Shown here: piece after piece, positions 1 to 7,690 of the stretch
How the letters are laid out: each line of letters starts with the position of its first letter
How positions within the stretch are numbered: position 1 is the stretch's first letter
Source: a virus
Strand: one strand, 5' to 3'
IMG/VR virus record: IMGVR_UViG_3300045988_142367
DNA length: 43,711 bases
Notes under the pieces: generated by a model
Seen by the model: only the letters and a program-made list of their open reading frames with translations
Database searches by the model: none
Told to the model about the DNA's origin: nothing
Position numbers and translations under genes: made by a program

Positions 1-107
1 ACGAACGCATCAAGGAGAAGGACGCCCAGATCAAGGAGAAGGACGCCCAGATCAAGGAGAAGGACGCCCAGATCAACCGTCTCCTCTCCATCCTCGAAAA
101 ACAATAA
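1..107 (+). CDS. 3' end of the HTH repressor-like gene that starts at 43338 and crosses the circular junction
   Basis: In-frame continuation through the 55-nt overlap. It reads ...ERIKEKDAQIKEKDAQIKEKDAQINRLLSILEKQ, with TAA at 105-107. Confidence 0.8.
   Translation, partial: ERIKEKDAQIKEKDAQIKEKDAQINRLLSILEKQ
9..76 (+). repeat. 21-bp tandem repeat ATCAAGGAGAAGGACGCCCAG, three full copies plus a partial one, coding IKEKDAQ heptads
   Basis: Perfect units at 9-29, 30-50 and 51-71. The same unit occurs twice at 43665-43706 at the other window end. Confidence 0.95.
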
Positions 108-325
108 GAAAGGCCCCACCTCCCGGCGTGACCTTTCCCTGATGTTACAACAATTAACGTAGATATAAAACTTGTCTATAGCCCAAGTTTAGGATTAACA
201 CACAATAACGACTATGAGTAAAGAAAATTATCAATCAGGCAAAATCCCGGCATCCTCACCGAAGAACCAGCCGGTTCCGACACTGCCTCCACCTGCGCCG
301 CCATCGGAGTTGAATGATGTTCCGG

Positions 326-880
326 TTAAAAGATGAATATGCACAGGCCGATGAGAAGAACCAGTCCTAACGCTATTCCGGCTAAGGTCATAGTCAACCC
401 GACCCGATAGGCGGAACACATCCTTCTCCTCAGCTCGGTATTCTTCTTATGCCTCTCATCAAGGTCCACGAGATATGCAAGTTTCCGGAAGTGTGCCTGT
501 TCGCCTTTGGGATATCCGTTCAGCCAGTCCAAGGCTTCCTCGGATAGCAACACACTCGGTTCGCCTCCTTCAGGATAAACCGTGACATTGTACAGGACGC
601 CAAACCACATCTGTGCGGCGGGAACAGATAATGCCACTATGCCGTAAGCGGTCATCAGCATCACGAGCAATGATCCTTCTTGACTGGCCAATGTTCCGAC
701 AAGGATGCCGATGAGGGAAACGATGGCAGCCAGATACCATCCCAAAAAAGTCTGAACCTGCTGCTGGGTCTTGGCTATGGCATCGAAGTCGTTCCTGAGT
801 GCGGCCCTCGCCTCTTCATAAGCCAGATCCACAAGTTTGGGAGGAAACTCTTTTGAGTCTATTTCGAAATACTTTCTCAT
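326..880 (-). CDS. Multi-pass membrane protein of unknown function, between repressor and integrase (possible moron)
   Basis: ORF 326..901; ATG at 880 (MRKYFEIDSKEF...) preferred as start. Hydrophobic helices LGWYLAAIVSLIGILVGTLA, LLVMLMTAYGIVALSV and LTMTLAGIALGLVLLIGLCIFIF. Confidence 0.6.
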   Translation of the reverse strand: MRKYFEIDSKEFPPKLVDLAYEEARAALRNDFDAIAKTQQQVQTFLGWYLAAIVSLIGILVGTLASQEGSLLVMLMTAYGIVALSVPAAQMWFGVLYNVTVYPEGGEPSVLLSEEALDWLNGYPKGEQAHFRKLAYLVDLDERHKKNTELRRRMCSAYRVGLTMTLAGIALGLVLLIGLCIFIF

Positions 881-985
881 ATAGATCTTTTCTGCAAACA
901 TAACAAAATTTTGGAAACATTAAAAGATTAATGCAAAACGATAAGCATATTGGTGGGAGGAAAACGTCCGGAAGGAGCCGTGGCG

Positions 986-1166
986 TGCGCCAAATTTGCG
1001 CCAAACGCCCCGGTTCGCCTGCCCTGGACGGCTTTCAGTTGGGGGTAAGAATCCCCGAAAATGCCCGTGAAATGTCCTTCCCCCGCTACGAATTTGCCGC
1101 AACTTCTTGCAAGTCAAGGAATTGCGGCAAAATTGTCAAAAATGCTGCGCCAGATTTGCGCCAAAA
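986..1166 (+). promoter_or_regulatory. Cluster of four ATTTGCSSCAA sites upstream of the integrase (candidate arm-type, attP or operator sites)
   Basis: TGCGCCAAATTTGCGCCAAA at 986-1005 and TGCGCCAGATTTGCGCCAAA at 1146-1165 (one mismatch). Inverted pair AATTTGCCGCAA at 1091-1102 and TTGCGGCAAAATT at 1122-1134. Confidence 0.5.
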
Positions 1167-1202
1167 AAATTCGCTGTCTGAGCCGGTTCCTGTCAAACCT
1201 TT

Positions 1203-1229
1203 GTTGGGGAGTTCAAAAATTTCCCCAAC
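1203..1229 (+). promoter_or_regulatory. 8-bp stem hairpin immediately upstream of the integrase start codon
   Basis: GTTGGGGA (1203-1210) pairs with TCCCCAAC (1222-1229), followed by an A7 run and then ATG at 1237. Confidence 0.4.
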
Positions 1230-1236
1230 AAAAAAA

Positions 1237-2400
1237 ATGTCTTCAAGTCTCCGCACGACGAATGGCTTTATTCCGGCAAAGGTCGCCGAAGGAAAGCGTT
1301 GGTATGTTGAATTCTATTGCCTCGATCCGGAAACCGGTCGCATGAGAAGAAAGAGGGTGTCTGTGCCTAAGATAAAAGGCGTGACCGCCCGCAGAAGGTA
1401 CGCCAACGACATGGTCATCAACATCAACGACCAGCTCTCGCAAGGATGGAATCCCTACCTGTCCCTGAACAATCCGGAGGAATACACTCTTTTTGATGAT
1501 GTCTGTGAGAAATACTACCGCTATCTGTACAAGTTGACGGAATCGGACATCATGCGCGTCAAGACCTACAATGGCTACACTTCGTTCCTGAACGTGTTCC
1601 GTGGCTGGAACAGCGAACAACACAAACCGGTGTGCTATGTCTATCAATTAAAGTCATCAGTTGTCTCGAAGTTTCTCGACTGGCTATGGCTTGATTGCGG
1701 GAAGGCTGCCAGAACCAGAGACAATTACCTCTCTTGGCTTCGCAGCTTTGCCGGATGGCTTATGGAGAAGAACTACATCAGCGAGGACTTCACAGCGAAT
1801 CTTACTGCCGTTCAGGGTAAGCGCAAATGTGCAAAGAACCGCACCGTCATCCCGAAGGAGACGATGCTTGCCATCCGTGAATATTGCAGCGACCGCAACC
1901 GCCACTATCTTTTGGCTTGCTATGTTCTCTATTATTGCTTCATACGCCCTAAGGAGATGAGCCACATCAGGATCGGTGACATTTCGGTAAAGGGAGGCAC
2001 CATTTCCGTCAGGGCCGAATATTCAAAGAACCGGAAGGATGCCGTGGTAACCCTTCCTGATTGTGTTCTCAAACTGATGCTCGACCTTGATGTGCTGTCA
2101 AACCCCGCTGACTGGTATCTTTTCAGTTCCGGCTTTCGTCCTGGACCTGCACACCATCCAGCTAAGCATTTCGGAGACTTCTGGACCTACCATCTGAAGA
2201 AGGATCTGAGGCTCCCTTCCGAGTACAAGTTCTACAGCCTCAAGGACACCGGCATAACGGATCTGATCAAGGCCCGCACCGATCTCCTTTCTGTTCGTGA
2301 CCAAGCCCGCCATCACTCACTCCAGATGACCGACCTCTACACCCCTCTGGAGACCCGTACCGCCAACGAGTCCATCCGCCACCACGAGTCCTACTTCTAA
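1237..2400 (+). CDS. int: Tyrosine recombinase / phage integrase with N-terminal arm-binding domain
   Basis: ORF 931..2400, with internal ATG at 1237 preferred (MSSSLRTTNGFIPAKVAEGKRWYVEFYCLDPETGRMRRKRV...). C-terminal catalytic-like boxes FIRPKEMSHIRIGDI, YSLKDTGITDL and ARHHSLQMTDLY. Confidence 0.85.
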   Translation: MSSSLRTTNGFIPAKVAEGKRWYVEFYCLDPETGRMRRKRVSVPKIKGVTARRRYANDMVININDQLSQGWNPYLSLNNPEEYTLFDDVCEKYYRYLYKLTESDIMRVKTYNGYTSFLNVFRGWNSEQHKPVCYVYQLKSSVVSKFLDWLWLDCGKAARTRDNYLSWLRSFAGWLMEKNYISEDFTANLTAVQGKRKCAKNRTVIPKETMLAIREYCSDRNRHYLLACYVLYYCFIRPKEMSHIRIGDISVKGGTISVRAEYSKNRKDAVVTLPDCVLKLMLDLDVLSNPADWYLFSSGFRPGPAHHPAKHFGDFWTYHLKKDLRLPSEYKFYSLKDTGITDLIKARTDLLSVRDQARHHSLQMTDLYTPLETRTANESIRHHESYF

Positions 2401-2416
2401 CCATTTGTTCACGTTA

Positions 2417-2914
2417 CTACCACTCGACAAGGCTGTAGGAGAGACCGGCGCCGATGTAGGGTAGCGGGGTGATGCGGTTGTCCTGGATGGTTATGCCGTA
2501 ACCGGCCTGAAGGGATAGGGCAAAATGAGATCTTTTTCGTGACGGGACGGAAATGGTCCGGGTCACGACCTTCGTTTCCGGAAAGACCTGAATCAGGTCG
2601 AGGCTTGGCTGGTAGCCGGACACTATCGCACGATAGTCCTTGCCGGAATATTCCTTCCGCTCTTTGGGGAGCTGGACGAAGGTGGTGTCGTGTATGATCA
2701 CGATGTCGGGATAGGCGACAAGGAGTGTGTCAGTGATGGTGGTTAGGATGGGGACGGGGGTCTCGACGGTGACGGTGTCCCTTATGATCAGGGTATCAGC
2801 CTTGGGTGTCTCGATGGCTTCGGCGACCGCCGCGCGGTAGCCCAGCCTCCAGCTCAGGACGGAGACAGCCGCCACCAGCGCGGCGACAAGCAGAAGGATC
2901 CACCCCGGCTTCAT
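2417..2914 (-). CDS. N-terminally membrane-anchored protein at the end of the lysis cassette (possible spanin or lysis accessory protein)
   Basis: ORF 2417..3028, with ATG at 2914 preferred (MKPGWILLLVAALVAAVSVLSW...). Single N-terminal TM, then a beta-rich C-terminus. The start sits in an ATGA overlap motif. Confidence 0.6.
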   Translation of the reverse strand: MKPGWILLLVAALVAAVSVLSWRLGYRAAVAEAIETPKADTLIIRDTVTVETPVPILTTITDTLLVAYPDIVIIHDTTFVQLPKERKEYSGKDYRAIVSGYQPSLDLIQVFPETKVVTRTISVPSRKRSHFALSLQAGYGITIQDNRITPLPYIGAGLSYSLVEW

Positions 2915-2948
2915 CGCCTCACGCCTCCGAGCCTGTCGGCCCAACGCT
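2905..2948. repeat. Copy 1 of the duplicated gene-junction sequence flanking the DUF2829 cassette
   Basis: 2911-2948 matches 3370-3407 at 35 of 38 positions. The CCGGCT just upstream is also shared, with a 4-nt indel. Confidence 0.9.
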
Positions 2949-3269
2949 TCGATTAAAGCCTGGGCGTGGCCATGATCCGTCGTCAAGGATCTCCCAGTCC
3001 TCCAGAAGGATATCCGATTGCGACGCAAGCCATCCTGTCAGCACAGCCTTCCTTCCCGTCGAATCATGCGTGAACATGCAGATGGTGCCAAGCGCGGGAA
3101 TCTCGCCTCCGTTGCCTTCGGCAAGGCTTTTAAGGAGAGGATCCTTGCACCACTCAGCCTTGACGACAGCCTCTGGTTTAAGCCATAAAAACATTCCTTT
3201 TCCGTTCCAGCCCTTTCGGGCAACTCTCTTGCCCTGCTTCAGGGCCTCGATAGCTTTTCCAAAATCCAT
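2919..3269 (-). CDS. DUF2829-family protein (Tad2-like candidate cyclic-nucleotide sponge / anti-Thoeris)
   Basis: MDFGKAIEALKQGKRVARKGWNGKGMFLWL ... LTGWLASQSDILLEDWEIL reproduces the DUF2829 N- and C-terminal signature motifs as I recall them. Confidence 0.8.
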   Translation of the reverse strand: MDFGKAIEALKQGKRVARKGWNGKGMFLWLKPEAVVKAEWCKDPLLKSLAEGNGGEIPALGTICMFTHDSTGRKAVLTGWLASQSDILLEDWEILDDGSWPRPGFNRSVGPTGSEA

Positions 3270-3308
3270 AATAAAATAAATAAAAATGTGTTGATTAAAC
3301 GTCTTCGC

Positions 3309-3348
3309 TTTTTGATCATTTTCGTGGTGTCGAGAAAATGATCAAAAA
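3309..3348. promoter_or_regulatory. Perfect 15-bp stem hairpin between the HExxH gene and the DUF2829 gene
   Basis: TTTTTGATCATTTTC (3309-3323) and GAAAATGATCAAAAA (3334-3348) are exact reverse complements, with a 10-nt loop. Confidence 0.6.
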
Positions 3349-3359
3349 CCGGCTATAAT

Positions 3360-3407
3360 CCGGCTATCCTCACCGCCTCACGCCTCCGAGCCTGTCAGCC
3401 CACCGCT
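3360..3407. repeat. Copy 2 of the duplicated gene-junction sequence
   Basis: See copy 1. It covers the stop-codon region of ORF 3370..3780. Confidence 0.9.
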
Positions 3408-3780
3408 CCGTGAAAAACGAGTAATAGCTGATGGTGCCAAAGCTCTTGAATGAAGAATGCAGCCAAGCCCAAGTAATTGACGGAATACCAATGATAGGCA
3501 AATACAACCATCCGAGATAAAGCGACTGCCTCGTATGCCCCCATTCGTGGTCGAGTGTCAGACGCACATAGGAGTTTGACAGCCCGGCATACTTCAGAGG
3601 CAGGATTATCCTCTTTCCGAGACTGATCCCGCCTCTCATCTTTTGGGAATATAGCACCTTTGCTCTGCGGTGTTCGCCCCTGATTGCATCGTCGTGTCCG
3701 TACCACCGGAACAGCAGCAATCCCAGCAAGTTCTGCGGCAACTGCCAGATGTAAAGTAATACTTTAATAAAATCTTTCAT
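3370..3780 (-). CDS. Small membrane protein with an HExxH motif (putative zincin-like peptidase)
   Basis: LTLDHEWGHTRQS contains H-E-W-G-H. Flanked by hydrophobic segments (LLGLLLF; LGWLYLPIIGIPSITWAWL). Confidence 0.55.
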   Translation of the reverse strand: MKDFIKVLLYIWQLPQNLLGLLLFRWYGHDDAIRGEHRRAKVLYSQKMRGGISLGKRIILPLKYAGLSNSYVRLTLDHEWGHTRQSLYLGWLYLPIIGIPSITWAWLHSSFKSFGTISYYSFFTERWADRLGGVRR

Positions 3781-3792
3781 ATTCTTTGAATA

Positions 3793-4230
3793 TTAGAACC
3801 TTTCTCCCTTGTATCGTCTATTATAGAGCAGCTGTCCCCGTTGCGGCCCTCCCTTGCGGTGACTGATGTGTACGAATGACGGATAGAGGATCATCTGATC
3901 CACCTCCCTCCAGATCTCCGGCGTATCCCTGACAACCTTAGCCAGCGCGTGGGGGTCTTCCGCCGCGATGTCGGCGGCCTCACCCTTGACGTGCTGCGAG
4001 GTCGGGACTCCTCCCACCGCCCTGTTGAGCTCCGGGCATCGGTAGCCGCTGTTTATCCGCAGCGGCCTCCTGACAATGTCACGCAGAGGCTGGAGAACCC
4101 TTTCCGTCAGCTCCTTCACCGCGTCACGCACATCGAACGATGTGATCACGTTGCAGATGCCCTTGCGCTCCGCCGTCGGCGAGGTCTCGAACTCTCTGTA
4201 ACTGAAATCCTTACTGATTGTTCCCATCAT
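3793..4230 (-). CDS. Peptidase M15-family endolysin (D-Ala-D-Ala carboxypeptidase / L-Ala-D-Glu peptidase fold)
   Basis: INSGYRCPELNRAVGGVPTSQHVKGEAADI ... SFVHISH matches the M15 zinc-ligand pattern (H, D, H). Confidence 0.85.
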   Translation of the reverse strand: MMGTISKDFSYREFETSPTAERKGICNVITSFDVRDAVKELTERVLQPLRDIVRRPLRINSGYRCPELNRAVGGVPTSQHVKGEAADIAAEDPHALAKVVRDTPEIWREVDQMILYPSFVHISHRKGGPQRGQLLYNRRYKGERF

Positions 4231-4774
4231 CCTTTACCCCCTTTACGGCTCCGCCTCCTTTCTCAATGCTGACAGCCCCCTCGATGTTCGCCCCGGTCTT
4301 TGCTTGCACCACGGCCTCGATGACCTTGGCGGCGTCCACCTTTACCTTTGCCTGACGTCCGAACCGACAGAAGTACCAGTTCTGGGCGATGGAGATCAGC
4401 TCCACGCCTATGACGACAAGCATCAGCCCAGTCTCTATAACCGTGTAGCCCGTCGCCACGGCGAGGCTGGAGGCCAGCACCGACCAGCAGAAGTACTCCA
4501 CTGCCTTGCCGACCGTGCGGCGTATCGCCCGGCTTATCCTGATCCGGTCGCCCTTGCTCCGGGCGGCTCGGATGCCGAACACGAGGTCGATCAGGATGAC
4601 CACGGCGGCTATGACGAGATATGGCAGCATCCGCACGAAAGATTGTTGGAAGAACAGCAATAGTGTGGCCGATAAGCCCGTGCCGACCACGACACTCCCC
4701 GCGGAAGCCTCGTCCGAGAGGATGTGGGCGTAGTAACTGTCCATCATGGTTAAACTATTTATGTCGATGATCAT
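4211..4774 (-). CDS. Holin-like multi-TM protein
   Basis: Several TM helices (VVVGTGLSATLLLFF; LPYLVIAAVVILIDLVFGI; YFCWSVLASSLAVATG; LMLVVIGVELISI). Overlaps the endolysin start by 20 nt. Confidence 0.7.
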   Translation of the reverse strand: MIIDINSLTMMDSYYAHILSDEASAGSVVVGTGLSATLLLFFQQSFVRMLPYLVIAAVVILIDLVFGIRAARSKGDRIRISRAIRRTVGKAVEYFCWSVLASSLAVATGYTVIETGLMLVVIGVELISIAQNWYFCRFGRQAKVKVDAAKVIEAVVQAKTGANIEGAVSIEKGGGAVKGVKDDGNNQ

Positions 4775-4855
4775 GTCTTTGTTTTGGTGTAATTACAATC
4801 ATATCAGATTATAAGGTACATATAAATTCTGGCAATCTTCTTTTATTTTCATAAA

Positions 4856-7621
4856 CTATGATATATCAAGGAACGAATCATCACAATTTAAGGTGATACT
4901 TATATCGCCCTTGAAAGCAGTAGATACATGATTACTTAAATCTAACACAGATTGATTTTGCATCTCAAGCACGACAGACGAATCAAATCCAGGAACTTCT
5001 GTTCCAAAATAAGTTTCTGACAAATCAAAGGTAGGCAAATTTGATAAACTTAAATTACCTGTTTTGATCTCTGAAATTGACACAATACCAATAAGGGTAG
5101 CTTCCATGGCGACAAAATCAGTAACAAAGGCTAGATTATTTAGTTTGAAAACTGATAACGGCATTGGAATGCACCTGTATACATCCATCCTAAGTTTTGG
5201 TACAGATCCACCTGCATCTACACCCGTTACATAAGGAAATATAGGCAACCAACTTGTATTGTTATCCCTGTTCATTAACCAAACAAGACCAAACTTCTCA
5301 CTAGAGAATTGTGATGATACATAAGAGCTCAAAGGTTCATCTGTTTTAATGACTGCATGATATCTAGTTTGATATTCTTCAACAATACAATCAGATTCAA
5401 GTATAATTGAACCATGAGAAGTAACGACATTCTCAACTTTGGTAAAGAGATCTGCTTGAACTTTTGCAATTTCACATAACAAGAAGTTCTCATTGTTATA
5501 AAAGTCTGTATGTTCAGACGTTTCATTATTATAAACAGTACCAGGATTAGTGGACCCGTTTAATATATGAACATATAAGAACTGATTATATTTCCAGTCA
5601 ACCTGCAACTTGTTGTATAATTCAGCAATATTAGACTCTGGAATATCAATGTATATGTACTGTGAATCCATTGATACAATTGTTCCCAAAGACAAACCAT
5701 CCGTTACAGTCAAGCCATTGGTATTAATACATACTTCTGGATTATGATCCGCTACATCTAACACTTGATCAGCATTTGATATTGCAATCTTCATTGCAAC
5801 GGTATTCTGAGCCTCTGAAGCATCTTGTGTACAATTGCAAGTGGCAATTACATCTCCAGTAGAAGCTTTAAGAACGAGATCAAAGGTTCTCTCTGAAGAA
5901 GTGTTAACATCAGGTGCCAGAGACAAGCTCTTATTTCCGGTACCACTTATTGGTAGCGGGTCGCCACTTACTAAACTGTTGCCAACGTAAGAAGGACCAT
6001 CGATAGTCCAACCTACATTATCTGGGTCAGTGATATTCAAATCCAAGCCTGATGGGGATAGATCACTCTGACCATTGCTGTCAAAGCGGAATGTAGTAGG
6101 AACATCCCAAGAAGGCATAACTAAAGACTCCTGATGGTAGGATATGGATGCGGTAGTTGACTTGCTCCCCTCACCCGTTATCTTCATTTCAATAGTATCA
6201 TCTCTGCTTAGGCCAGTGATGTTCTTACCAACGGTGGCCTTAAGATTAAGCTCATCAATGGTTACCAAACTTGGTACTGATGTGAACTCATAGGTAAAAT
6301 CAGTTATAGTTCTGGTAGCACCCGAAGTATAGGTGGCTGTCTGGTTCGGGGATACCTTAGCGGCTATATCTACATCCCCACCTGTCTTTGGAATGATTAC
6401 AGTGGCAGATGCGGCATTAACTGATGAATAGGTTACCTGATTGGCCTGTTGGTACACATCAATACTTTGGGTTACTTTAGAGCCATTCCAGGTTATAGTG
6501 GCTGTAACTGTGTCAAGTTTTGTTCTGGCCTTAACAGTTGAACCAAGATTTGAGCCGTTTACCGTTTTAGACAACGTAATGATAACATCTGAGGATGTTA
6601 TAGAAGGAGTATCTGATTCTCCAGAAGAATAATCAATCTTGCCTGAAGCTGAGATAAAGTTTGGTGAATCAGCTGAGCCACCCGATGCTGGGATATCGTC
6701 TAATGAAACAGAAGCAGAGCTCAAAGTGTAGGTGGCCTTATTAGGATCCTGTCTTACAAAGTCGGTGTAAGTCAATGTCTGACCATTAACGACAATGGTT
6801 ATCTTAATACGGGCTGCCTTATAAGAATCAGTGATGACCTTTCCCAGAGAACTCATAACTATCTCTCCTGTATGCTCGTTTAAGGTCCAGTTATAAGGAG
6901 AACCAGGAGGATCAGTATAATAGGTATATTTTACAGAATGAGAAGAATTAGATTGAGTAAGAATCCCACCACCAGATGCTTTGCCATTCCATCCCCAAGG
7001 GATTGAAAATCTGTAAGAAGGGGTGGCAATACCTCCTTCTGCGCTGATATCCCAATTAGAATATCCCATATTGACACTTGCAGTGCCGTAGGTCTTCTCA
7101 CCTGCTGCTTGGATAATGGTGATGGCTTCAGAAGATACCCCAGGATCACCCGAATCGCGAAGCCTGAAAGTGATGTCCTTGGAGCTCTCTGTCTGATTCT
7201 CCGACACGTCAAAGGAGATCTCAAAAGTGTAAGAGCTAGATGCCCCAGGATCACCCGATATCTGATGAGAGGAGTTTCCGTCCCAGGAATAGGCCGTCCC
7301 GTTTACTTTAAGGGTGAAATTTGAAAGTAAAGATGAATTAGTGAGATTAGTCAGCTTCAGAGATGGCGAGTTGCTAGTGCCAGTGATTTTCACGGTGCCA
7401 CCCAGAGCTGCAACAGAATAGGAAGTCTTGTCTACCATGATAAACTCACCAGCTCCAACCTGTAAGAGAACTACAGAATCAGAGGCTCCACCAGAGGTAA
7501 CTCCTTTGATAGAGCCTGATCTGCTTGATCTTCCAGTATGGGAGCTTGCTTTTAGTGATCTTGTCCCTGAGCCACTTCCTGTAGACCCGGATACTACAGT
7601 GATCCAACTTGGTTTTGCCAT
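4856..7621 (-). CDS. Tail fibre / receptor-binding protein with BACON-like repeats and an AT-rich unique C-terminal half
   Basis: 921 aa. The N-terminus MAKPSWITV...GSGSG...SGSIKGVTSGG is shared with the neighbouring fibre. An internal module is shared with the 1034-aa tail protein. Confidence 0.75.
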   Translation of the reverse strand: MAKPSWITVVSGSTGSGSGTRSLKASSHTGRSSRSGSIKGVTSGGASDSVVLLQVGAGEFIMVDKTSYSVAALGGTVKITGTSNSPSLKLTNLTNSSLLSNFTLKVNGTAYSWDGNSSHQISGDPGASSSYTFEISFDVSENQTESSKDITFRLRDSGDPGVSSEAITIIQAAGEKTYGTASVNMGYSNWDISAEGGIATPSYRFSIPWGWNGKASGGGILTQSNSSHSVKYTYYTDPPGSPYNWTLNEHTGEIVMSSLGKVITDSYKAARIKITIVVNGQTLTYTDFVRQDPNKATYTLSSASVSLDDIPASGGSADSPNFISASGKIDYSSGESDTPSITSSDVIITLSKTVNGSNLGSTVKARTKLDTVTATITWNGSKVTQSIDVYQQANQVTYSSVNAASATVIIPKTGGDVDIAAKVSPNQTATYTSGATRTITDFTYEFTSVPSLVTIDELNLKATVGKNITGLSRDDTIEMKITGEGSKSTTASISYHQESLVMPSWDVPTTFRFDSNGQSDLSPSGLDLNITDPDNVGWTIDGPSYVGNSLVSGDPLPISGTGNKSLSLAPDVNTSSERTFDLVLKASTGDVIATCNCTQDASEAQNTVAMKIAISNADQVLDVADHNPEVCINTNGLTVTDGLSLGTIVSMDSQYIYIDIPESNIAELYNKLQVDWKYNQFLYVHILNGSTNPGTVYNNETSEHTDFYNNENFLLCEIAKVQADLFTKVENVVTSHGSIILESDCIVEEYQTRYHAVIKTDEPLSSYVSSQFSSEKFGLVWLMNRDNNTSWLPIFPYVTGVDAGGSVPKLRMDVYRCIPMPLSVFKLNNLAFVTDFVAMEATLIGIVSISEIKTGNLSLSNLPTFDLSETYFGTEVPGFDSSVVLEMQNQSVLDLSNHVSTAFKGDISITLNCDDSFLDIS

Positions 7622-7656
7622 TGTTATTCTGTTTTTTAGAATAAATTAGAAGATGA

Positions 7657-7674
7657 GAGGGGTTTCACCCCCTC
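7657..7674 (-). terminator. Possible intrinsic terminator between the two fibre genes
   Basis: Minus strand reads GAGGGG-GTGAAA-CCCCTC, followed by a T-rich tract (TCATCTTCTAATTTATT). Confidence 0.4.
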
Positions 7675-7690
7675 CCACCTTATGACAGTC

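Noticed and set aside
108-140. Hairpin GAAAGG...CCTTTC after the HTH gene stop as a terminator.
   Set aside because: The stem is only 6 bp, the loop is 18 nt and no T tract follows. That is too weak to call.
231-419. 62-aa ORF whose distal part (..NSDGGAGGGSVGTGWFFGEDAGILPD) continues past the stop of the 326..901 gene in the -1 frame; possible frameshift extension.
   Set aside because: There is no canonical X XXY YYZ slippery heptamer at the junction (ATC TTT TAA), no in-frame start codon after position 326, and most of the ORF overlaps the membrane-protein gene.
931-1236. 102-codon N-terminal extension of the integrase ORF.
   Set aside because: The extension is Arg/Gly/Pro-rich with no integrase similarity and runs through the repeated ATTTGCSSCAA sites and a hairpin. 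The conserved arm-binding N-terminus begins at the ATG at 1237.
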